A stretch of DNA of 64,000 nt from Candidatus Latescibacterota bacterium (lineage in GTDB: Bacteria > Latescibacterota > UBA2968 > UBA8231): positions 384,001 to 448,000 of the forward strand of contig OZ220090.1 of the NCBI GenBank assembly GCA_964291625.2, given 5' to 3'. The notes under the pieces are model-generated. The model saw nothing but the letters and a program-made list of their open reading frames with translations, did not search any database and had not been told where the DNA came from. Of the stretch, positions 56,699 through 64,000 are shown piece after piece. The translations under genes were made by a program, and so were the position numbers. How positions within the stretch are numbered: position 1 is the stretch's first letter; every line of letters starts with the position of its first letter.

Positions 56699-57859
56699 AT
56701 GGCCGGAGGCCTTCCGGTGCAGCTGACCTCCCTGGTCCTGCTGGCCGGCACCGTTCTCTACCTCGGCGTCGTGGTCTGGCTGCTGACCGGCATCGGCCGC
56801 AGCCGGCGCGCCCCGGGAACGGCCCTCCCGCCGCCTCCGGTGTCGGTGGTCGTCGCCGCCCGCGACGAGGGCGACAGGATCGGGGCCTGCGTCCGCTCCC
56901 TGGCCGGGCAGAGCTACGGCGGAGCCCTGCAGATCGTCGTCGTCGACGACCGCTCGGGGGACGATACGGGCCGCGTGCTGGCGGCGCTCCGCTCAAACTG
57001 GCGGGCGGCGGCCGAACTGGTCCTGGTGCGGGCGCCGGACCCGCCGCTCTACGCCTGCCCGAAGAAGAGCGCCCTGGCCGCCGGGATCGACAGGGCCGAA
57101 GGGGAGATCCTGCTGTTCACCGACGCCGACTGCCAGCCCCCCCCGGAGTGGGTGGGGGCGATGGTCTCGCGGTTCGACGGCGGCGTCGGGCTGGTGGCGG
57201 GGTATGCCTATCCCCATCCCCTCGCCGGCGTCCGGCAACGAGTGCTGGCGCTGGACAACCTGGGGGTGGCCGCCCTGGCGGAGGGCAGCATCGGCATGGA
57301 GGCTCCGTTGGCCTGCACGGGGAGGAGCCTGGCGTACCGGCGCGCCGTGTACGACGAAGTCGGCGGATTCGAGGCCATCGGCCACCTCGTCAGCGGCGAT
57401 GACGTCTACTTCCTGCGGCTGGTGACGGCGCGGACCGGCTGGGGCGTCCGTTACTGCGCCGACGAGGCTGCGGCGGTGCCCTCCGCCCCGCCGCCGCTCG
57501 GCTGGCGCGCGTTGCTTGATCAGAAGGTGCGGCATGCCTCCAAGGCCTCCCGCTACGAGGGCGGCGCCCGGTGGCTCGGGGCCGCCGTGTACCTCTACCA
57601 CGCGGCCCTCCTCGCCGGCGGCCTGCTGGCGGCGGGCGGGAACCAGGCGACCTTCTTTCTCTGCTGCTGGCTGACGCGGTGGCTGGCCGACCTGATCCTC
57701 CTCGCCCGGTTCGCGCCGCGAGCCTGCGACCGATTCGGCCTCCTCCTCCTGCCGGTGGTGGAGATCCTCTATATTCCCTATGTGCTGCTCCTGGTACCCC
57801 TGGGGCGTGCCGGATGGTTCCGCTGGAGGAGCGGCCCCGCTCCCCTCTCCCGATCCTGA
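56699..57859 (+). CDS. GT2 glycosyltransferase (membrane-anchored)
   Basis: SVVVAARDE, DDRSGD, KKSAL, TDAD, SGDD, QKVRH. Confidence 0.9.
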   Translation: MAGGLPVQLTSLVLLAGTVLYLGVVVWLLTGIGRSRRAPGTALPPPPVSVVVAARDEGDRIGACVRSLAGQSYGGALQIVVVDDRSGDDTGRVLAALRSNWRAAAELVLVRAPDPPLYACPKKSALAAGIDRAEGEILLFTDADCQPPPEWVGAMVSRFDGGVGLVAGYAYPHPLAGVRQRVLALDNLGVAALAEGSIGMEAPLACTGRSLAYRRAVYDEVGGFEAIGHLVSGDDVYFLRLVTARTGWGVRYCADEAAAVPSAPPPLGWRALLDQKVRHASKASRYEGGARWLGAAVYLYHAALLAGGLLAAGGNQATFFLCCWLTRWLADLILLARFAPRACDRFGLLLLPVVEILYIPYVLLLVPLGRAGWFRWRSGPAPLSRS

Positions 57860-57874
57860 AAGCAAGACACGGTC

Positions 57875-58987
57875 ATGGCCTTGTTCTCTCCGAGAGCGGT
57901 CCCGCGTTACATCGAGCGCTACGGCTACGCCTTCTCCTGGAGGCGGCTGTGGAACGCCTCCAAGGTCCTTGCCTCCATGGGACTGTCGTGGGGCCTTCGC
58001 CGCCCCGTCGTGTGGGGGCGGCCCTTCATGCTGATGGTGGAGCCCACGAACCTGTGCAACCTCAGGTGTCCTCTGTGCCCCTCGGGCAACGGCGAGATGT
58101 CCCGGGAGCGCGGCAACATGGACCTCGGGCACTACAGGAAGCTGATCGACGAAACCGGGGACGACCTGGTCCTCCTGCTCCTGTGGAACCAGGGAGAGCC
58201 CTTCATCAACAAGGGCCTCGTGGAGATGATCCGCTACGCGCACGACAAGCGGATCCCCACGATCACGAGCACCAACGGCCACTTCGTGCGCTCCCGGGAG
58301 GAGGCCCTCGAGCTGGTGGACAGCGGCCTCGACGAGATCATCATCTCCCTCGACGGGGTCGACCAGGAGACCTACGAGCGCTACCGCGTGGGCGGCAAGC
58401 TGGAGCGGGTCCTGGGGGCAGCGAGACTGCTGGCAGAGGCCAAACGCGAGCGCTGCTCGCGGACCCCGCTGGTCAATCTCCAGTTCATCGTCTTCCGCCA
58501 CAACGAGGAGGACCTGACCGAGGCCGAGCGCCTGGCGCGGGAGCTCGAGGCCGACCAGTTCCTCGTCAAGACCGCCCAGGTCTACTCTCCGGAAGAGGCC
58601 GCCACCTTCCTTCCGGAGCAGGACCTCTACCGCCGCTATGAGGGGCTGGAGGAGAGCGGCCGGCCCCCGGGCCCGGAGGGGAACGGGTTGCGGGTGAAGG
58701 GACAGCCGGCGCGGGGCTGCAAGGTCCTCTGGTACAGCTCCATGATCAACTGGAACGGCGACGTGGCCCCTTGCTGCTTCGACAAGGATGTCGACTACCG
58801 GCTGGGGAACGCGTTCTCCGCCGATGCCAACGGTAGCGAGGGCACCTTCGGGGAGGCCTGGCGGGGCCGCGCCTATGCGGACTTTCGCCGCACCGTGCAC
58901 GCGGACCGCGGCGCCGTCGACATGTGCCGCAACTGCTCCGAGGGCTACCGCGGCATGTTCTCCCTGGTGAAGGAGCTGCGCGGCTGA
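57875..58987 (+). CDS. Radical SAM protein with SPASM/twitch domain
   Basis: CNLRCPLC (CxxxCxxC), GEPF, STNG; C-terminal C...PCC...CRNC. Confidence 0.92.
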   Translation: MALFSPRAVPRYIERYGYAFSWRRLWNASKVLASMGLSWGLRRPVVWGRPFMLMVEPTNLCNLRCPLCPSGNGEMSRERGNMDLGHYRKLIDETGDDLVLLLLWNQGEPFINKGLVEMIRYAHDKRIPTITSTNGHFVRSREEALELVDSGLDEIIISLDGVDQETYERYRVGGKLERVLGAARLLAEAKRERCSRTPLVNLQFIVFRHNEEDLTEAERLARELEADQFLVKTAQVYSPEEAATFLPEQDLYRRYEGLEESGRPPGPEGNGLRVKGQPARGCKVLWYSSMINWNGDVAPCCFDKDVDYRLGNAFSADANGSEGTFGEAWRGRAYADFRRTVHADRGAVDMCRNCSEGYRGMFSLVKELRG

Positions 58988-59000
58988 TCCCGCCGGCCCG

Positions 59001-60209
59001 GTGATCGTGGACCTGGTCCCGGCGGCCCTGGCCATCTGCGCGGCGGTGTACGCGGCCGGCTTGCTGTGGTTCGGGTTCGGGGCGTTGCGGCCCCGGAGGC
59101 CTCCATCGGCCTCGGGGGATGAACCACCTTCCGTGGCCGTCGTCGTGGCCGCTCGCGACGAGGCGGGGCATGTGGAGGCCTGCCTCGAGGCGCTGTGCGC
59201 CCAGACCTACCCGGCCAGCCGCTACGAGGTCGTGCTCGTCGACGACGGGTCCCGCGACGGCACCGGCTCCCTGGCCCGGGCCGCCGCCGGGCGCCTGGCT
59301 GAGGAGGGGCCGCGCATCCGGGTGCTCGACGGGCCGTCCCGGTACGGCTCGGCCGGGTCCAAGAAGTCGGCCCTCGGCCTGGGCATCTCCGAGTCCAGCA
59401 CCGACCTGATCCTCACCACCGACGCCGACTGCCGGGTGCCCCGGACCTGGGTGGCGGCCATGGCCGGCGCCTTCGCCGAGGATGTGGGGGCCGTCATCGG
59501 CTTCTCCCAGATCGGCCGGCCCGGGGCCGTGAGCGGGCTCCTGGCGCGCTGGGAGGCCCTCGATTTCCTGCAGCTCATGACCGCCGCCGCCGGCAGCTGC
59601 GCTCTCGGCCATCCCATGGCCGCCACGGGCCAGAACCTCGCCTTCCGCCGCTCCGCCTACGACCGGGTGGGAGGCTACGCGTCCATCCTCCATCGGGTCT
59701 CCGGAGACGACGTGCTGCTCCTGCAACTGATCCGCCGTGCCCGGCGCTGGCGCCTCGTCTTCCGTGACGACCCCGGCGGCCATGTGGTCCACCCTCCGTC
59801 CGCCAGCCTCGGCCGCTTTCTCGGTCAGCGCGCCCGGTGGGCCTCCAACGCTCCCGGCCAAGGCCGGCTGGACCCGGTCTTCTTCACCTGTATCCTGGCG
59901 ACCTTCGGCCTGTCCGTGGGTCTGACCGTCAGCCCACTGCTATGGTCCGCCGGCCTCCTGACCCCCGCAGGGACCGGGGCCCTGTGGCTGGCGAAGGCGG
60001 TTCCGGAACTCGGCCTGGCACTGGTCGGGGCGGCCCGCTTCGGGCGCCGCGATCTGCTCGGGATCTTTCCGCTGTGGGCCCTGCTGCACCCGGTCTACAC
60101 CGCCGTCGTCGGCGGCTTCGGCGCCCTGGGCTTCTACCGTTGGAAGGGGAGATCCGCAGCGCTCGGACGCCGCTCCCGGAGGGAGGATTCCGCCGCCACC
60201 GGCCGGTGA
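59001..60209 (+). CDS. GT2 glycosyltransferase (membrane-anchored)
   Basis: VVVAARDE, DDGSRD, KKSAL, TDAD, SGDD, QRARW. Confidence 0.9.
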   Translation: MIVDLVPAALAICAAVYAAGLLWFGFGALRPRRPPSASGDEPPSVAVVVAARDEAGHVEACLEALCAQTYPASRYEVVLVDDGSRDGTGSLARAAAGRLAEEGPRIRVLDGPSRYGSAGSKKSALGLGISESSTDLILTTDADCRVPRTWVAAMAGAFAEDVGAVIGFSQIGRPGAVSGLLARWEALDFLQLMTAAAGSCALGHPMAATGQNLAFRRSAYDRVGGYASILHRVSGDDVLLLQLIRRARRWRLVFRDDPGGHVVHPPSASLGRFLGQRARWASNAPGQGRLDPVFFTCILATFGLSVGLTVSPLLWSAGLLTPAGTGALWLAKAVPELGLALVGAARFGRRDLLGIFPLWALLHPVYTAVVGGFGALGFYRWKGRSAALGRRSRREDSAATGR

Positions 60210-60225
60210 GAGCGCGGCCTCCCCC

Positions 60226-61158
60226 TCAGAGCCTCCCCGCCAGCATCTCCATCAGCAGGCCGTAGCGGATGCCACGGGTCGAGACGATCACCCCGGGGGA
60301 CCGCAGGCGATGGAGGCAGTGCCGCAGGATGAGGGAACCGGCGCCGATGATGTCGGCGCGGGCGTCGCTCACTTGAGGCAGGGCCTTGATCTGCTCCCAG
60401 GTCATACCCAGCAGGCGATCGCTGAGGCGCCGCACCTCGCCCGCGGACAGGAAGTGACCGTCGACGCCCGCCGCATCGAACCGGGGGGCGCCGAGGTCGA
60501 GGGCGCCCAGGGTGGTGATCGTGCCGGCAACTCCCACGATGGCCGGGTCGCCCGGCCATTGCGGCAACTCGTCGAAAGCGGCGCTGATGAGGTTGGCGGC
60601 GCGAGCCCGTTCGTCGGCGGCGGGCGGCAGCGCGGAGAAGCAGCGTTCGGTGACCCGCACCGCCCCCACGTCGATCGACCGGGAGCGCTCCACCCCGGCG
60701 GCGGAACCCAGGGCCAGCTCGGTGGAGCCGCCGCCGATGTCCAGCACCGCGTACCGAGCCGGGAGGTCGAGCCCGAAAGCGGCTCCGGCGAAAGTGTGGC
60801 GGGCCTCCTCCTCGCCACTGAGCTCGGTCAGCTCGATCCCCGTGCGCCGGGCCACGACGTCGATGAACTCGAGGCTGTTGGCCGCGTCCCTCAGGGCCGA
60901 GGTCCCGAAGGCGCGGATGCGGCGGGCGCCGAGCCCCTCGGCGCGGCGGCGGTAGCGGGCGAGGAATCCGCAGACCCGGTCGACGGCGTCGGCTCCGATG
61001 CGGCGCTCGGCGTCGACGCCCTGTCCCAGGCGGGCGATGGCGTGGGCGTCGTCGAGGATGTCGATCTCGCCTCCGGGGCCGGTGCGCCCCGTGACCATCA
61101 GGATGGTGTTGGTGCCGAGGTCGATGGCGGCCTGCACCGCGGCGGCGGCGCGGCTCAT
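60226..61158 (-). CDS. ppx: Ppx/GppA exopolyphosphatase
   Basis: AAIDLGTNT, RLGQG, TSALRDAAN, SGEEEA, DIGGGSTE, RADII, GIRYG. Confidence 0.92.
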   Translation of the reverse strand: MSRAAAAVQAAIDLGTNTILMVTGRTGPGGEIDILDDAHAIARLGQGVDAERRIGADAVDRVCGFLARYRRRAEGLGARRIRAFGTSALRDAANSLEFIDVVARRTGIELTELSGEEEARHTFAGAAFGLDLPARYAVLDIGGGSTELALGSAAGVERSRSIDVGAVRVTERCFSALPPAADERARAANLISAAFDELPQWPGDPAIVGVAGTITTLGALDLGAPRFDAAGVDGHFLSAGEVRRLSDRLLGMTWEQIKALPQVSDARADIIGAGSLILRHCLHRLRSPGVIVSTRGIRYGLLMEMLAGRL

Positions 61159-62438
61159 GCGCCGGCGCAGCGCTCGCGGCTCTTGATCAGGGCCGTCAGC
61201 TCCGATGGCGTCTGGCAGAGCAGCATGGCGTCCCGCGTCTCGGCGGCGTGCATCAGCGAGGCGATCTGTCCGAGGACGGGGATGTAGGTGCGGTAGTTCT
61301 GCTGCGGGGTCAGCAGCAGGAAGATGTAGCGCACGGCGCCGCCAGGGCCGCTGAAGTCGACACCCTCGGGACAGATCCCGAGGGAACCGATGATGCTCGG
61401 AAGGCCGGGCAGGGGGGCGTGGGGGATCGCCGTCTCCCGGCCTATGGAGGTGGGGGACTTGCGCTCCCTGGCGCGGGCGGCCTCGAGGACCGTATCTCGC
61501 TGGGACGGGGGCACCTGTTTCTCGTCCACCAGGATGTCGACCATCTGGTCGATCGCATCCCACTTGTCCCGTGGATGCAGATCCAGCCGGATCGTGTGTT
61601 CCCAGAGGATGTTGCTCAGCCGGTTGCCGCCGGGGGACCGGGAGCGGACCATCAGCACCGAGCAAGGTGCCTTGTAAGCGATCTCGTCCGGGATCGAGCC
61701 GGCGAGGAACTCCTCCTGCCGCCAGTCGTTGGAGCCCCCGAGGACGAGCAGGTCGTCCTTCCGGGAAAGCTCGATCAGGGGTGCCGTGACCTCCGTGGCC
61801 GGCACCACCCGGCAGGGCGCGTCGATCTCCAGCAGGCGCAGCTGCATCTGCAGGTCGTCGCCCAGTTGCCGGCAGTAGCGCTCGAGGAGGGGGTCGTCCC
61901 CCTGCGCCCGGTGGTACCTGGCGACGCGCACGGCGAGCATTTCCGACGCCCAGGTTCTGGCGAGTTGGTGAGCCACCTCCAGGCCCAGAAGGGAGTTGGT
62001 GCCGCCGCCGGTGGGAACCAGCACCCGGCGGGCGGTCTCGAAGCCCTTGTCCTTGAAGATCAGGGTGTCCACGTCCAGGGCTTTCGTCAGGTCCCGGTTG
62101 GGGGAGGAGAGGACGGTGGTCCGGTCGACGTCGCCGTACCAACCCATGAGCAGGACATCGCAGTTCCAGCGCTTGAGACCATCCCGCACCGCCCCATTCA
62201 CGGTCTCGCCGTGCACGAGATGAGGGACTGCGCTCACACCCATGCCGTCGGCGAGGCCGGCGGCGCGCCGGAGCTGTTCGTCCAGCCGCGGCCGGGGAGC
62301 CTGATCCGGGGTGACCACGTGGGTGAGGTGGAGCTCCCCCCGGGGATCCGTGGCCAAGGTGGCGGCGAGCCGGACGAGGGCGTCCTCCGTCGCCGGGTTC
62401 TCAAGGGCGACGAGGATCCGCACGGCGGATTTCGGCAT
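61155..62438 (-). CDS. Tandem universal stress domains fused to PTS EIIA (Ntr/Fru-type) domain
   Basis: ILVALENP...LLMGW; RVLVPTGGG...APCSVLMVR; C-terminal RERKSPTSIG..TAIPHA phospho-His motif. Confidence 0.8.
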   Translation of the reverse strand: MPKSAVRILVALENPATEDALVRLAATLATDPRGELHLTHVVTPDQAPRPRLDEQLRRAAGLADGMGVSAVPHLVHGETVNGAVRDGLKRWNCDVLLMGWYGDVDRTTVLSSPNRDLTKALDVDTLIFKDKGFETARRVLVPTGGGTNSLLGLEVAHQLARTWASEMLAVRVARYHRAQGDDPLLERYCRQLGDDLQMQLRLLEIDAPCRVVPATEVTAPLIELSRKDDLLVLGGSNDWRQEEFLAGSIPDEIAYKAPCSVLMVRSRSPGGNRLSNILWEHTIRLDLHPRDKWDAIDQMVDILVDEKQVPPSQRDTVLEAARARERKSPTSIGRETAIPHAPLPGLPSIIGSLGICPEGVDFSGPGGAVRYIFLLLTPQQNYRTYIPVLGQIASLMHAAETRDAMLLCQTPSELTALIKSRERCAGA

Positions 62439-62702
62439 GCTCGTCAACAAGGCGGGCCGGCGCCGGAGAAGCGCTGGGACCGCCGGGCATCGGGGATGGG
62501 GGAGGTGCGGGCCGTGGAGATGGTCGCGCCTTTCCCGTATGGTCTTGAAGATACGCAGGGCCCCTCGGAATCGCCACCGGACTCGACTTCTGGCAATTGC
62601 TGTAACTCAAGTGTTTTTCGTGGCTTGCGCCGGTCCGAGGAGGGTTGCGGCAGGGTCAGGGCATGAGTAGCTTTTGCGGTTCGATGGAGGGTGGGTCCAT
62701 CC

Positions 62703-63389
62703 ATGGCCGTCGTAACCGTTGCTCGTCAGCTGGGAAGCGGGGGAGACCTCATCGCCGAGAGGGTTGCCGGGGTTCTGGGATACGACCACGTCGATCGGCG
62801 GCTGGTCGAGGAGATCGCGAACATCACCGACACCTCCCCCGAAGAGGTGGAGAAGTACGACGAGAAGGGAGAGGGGAGGGTTCGCTACTTCCTGAAGCGC
62901 CTCCTCGTTCCGGAGATGACTCCCGGCGGGTTCCCGCTTTCCTCGGCGGCCTACTTTCCCGAGTTCGGCCTGGAGTTCCCCTATGTCATGGAGCGGGCCG
63001 GCGCCGATCAGCCCGCCTACCTCGACCGCGGCACCTACCAACTGTTGATCACCACCCTCGTGCAGGACTTCGGCGAGACCGGCAAGGCAGTGGTCGTCGG
63101 CCGCGCCAGCCAGGTGATCCTCGCCCAGAATCCGCGGGCCCTGCACGTGAAGATCATCGCTCCCTTCGACCTGCGTTGCGAGCGGGTCCGCGAGGGGAGG
63201 GAGGTCACGGCCGAGCAGGCCGAGGAACTGGTGCAGCAGCACGACCGTTGGCGCAAGCAGTACCTGCGCAACCACCACGACGCCGACTGGGACGACCTGC
63301 TCCTCTACCACCTCACCATAAACACCGGCAAGGTCGATGCGGAGGACGCCGTCGACCTGATCGTCAGGTACGCAAACCGCCAGGGCTAG
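62703..63389 (+). CDS. Cytidylate kinase-like family protein
   Basis: VTVARQLGSGG, VVVGR, HVKIIAP, YHLTINT. Confidence 0.85.
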   Translation: MAVVTVARQLGSGGDLIAERVAGVLGYDHVDRRLVEEIANITDTSPEEVEKYDEKGEGRVRYFLKRLLVPEMTPGGFPLSSAAYFPEFGLEFPYVMERAGADQPAYLDRGTYQLLITTLVQDFGETGKAVVVGRASQVILAQNPRALHVKIIAPFDLRCERVREGREVTAEQAEELVQQHDRWRKQYLRNHHDADWDDLLLYHLTINTGKVDAEDAVDLIVRYANRQG

Positions 63390-63405
63390 AGCCCGGGGAG
63401 ACGGA

Positions 63406-64000
63406 ATGGGAAAGCTGAAGGCAGCACTGATCGGAGGCGGAGGGCCGGGCAACTTCTTCGGACACGTGCACAAACGCGCCATCGCCCTCGACAACAGCCG
63501 GGAGCTGGTGGCCGGCGCTCTGCGCAGCGATCCCAGGGAAGCCATCGCGGCGGCGGCCGACTACGACGTGACCGGATACGCCAGCCATTCGGAGCTGCTG
63601 GAGGCGGTGAAAAAGGGGGACCAGCCCCTCGACTACGTGACCATCGTGACCCCCAACCACGCCCACTACGAACCGGCGAGGGACTTCGTGGAAGCGGGCA
63701 TTCCCGTGCTCTGCGAGAAGCCGATCACCATGACGGTGGAGGAGGCCGAGGACCTTCAGCGCCGTGTCGAGGCCCGGGGCGTTCCCTTCGTCCTCGCCCA
63801 TACCTACACCGGCCATCCGATGATGATGCTTGCCAAGGAGCTGGTGCGTCAGGGCCGGATCGGACAGGTTCGCAAGATCGAGGCGTTCTACAACCAGGGC
63901 TGGCTGGCCACCGCCCTGGAGACGGAAGGACTGCAGCAGGCCGAGTGGCGAACCGACCCGTCCCGGACGGGCATCTCCAACTGCGGCGGCGATATCGGCA
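63406..64000 (+). CDS. Gfo/Idh/MocA oxidoreductase, runs off window end
   Basis: Manual translation [22 protein letters not shown]...VTPNHAH...CEKP...QGWL...GDIG. Confidence 0.88.
   Translation, partial: MGKLKAALIGGGGPGNFFGHVHKRAIALDNSRELVAGALRSDPREAIAAAADYDVTGYASHSELLEAVKKGDQPLDYVTIVTPNHAHYEPARDFVEAGIPVLCEKPITMTVEEAEDLQRRVEARGVPFVLAHTYTGHPMMMLAKELVRQGRIGQVRKIEAFYNQGWLATALETEGLQQAEWRTDPSRTGISNCGGDIG

Overview
High-GC bacterial chromosomal window. The gene content suggests a diderm heterotroph of the FCB-superphylum type, such as Latescibacterota or Gemmatimonadota (inference from TonB receptors, a PorV-like barrel, PhyH dioxygenases, Asp-box proteins and many Gfo/Idh/MocA genes). Layout: (1) 1-2.8 kb: Asp-box sialidase-like gene, TauE exporter, SDR. 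(2) 2.9-14.6 kb: outer-membrane uptake/secretion locus of TonB receptor, large secreted protein with a T9SS/FlgD-like C-terminal domain, PorV/PorQ-like barrel, second TonB receptor and NupC nucleoside transporter. (3) 16.6-30.8 kb: defence island. It holds a Type I R-M operon whose hsdM is split by an ISAzo13-family IS and reads in frame into a PIN nuclease domain, with toxin-antitoxin parts between the hsd genes. These are followed by a sulfotransferase, an SMC/Rad50-like zinc-hook ATPase with a C-terminal HEPN-like domain coupled to a second stand-alone HEPN protein, and an AAA+DUF4143 ATPase. (4) 30.8-48.3 kb: catabolic genes plus a divergent SerRS. (5) 48.6-64 kb: tRNA-Thr(CGT), an orphan ftsA, ssb, eno, Wzi-GT2-radical SAM-GT2, ppx with a USP-EIIA fusion. 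Several 1-2 nt frameshifts, including one in ssb, suggest consensus indel errors, so pseudogene calls are provisional. Best candidates for an undescribed system are the RloC-like ATPase-HEPN + HEPN pair and the HsdM-PIN fusion. All family assignments come from motif recognition by eye, not database searches.
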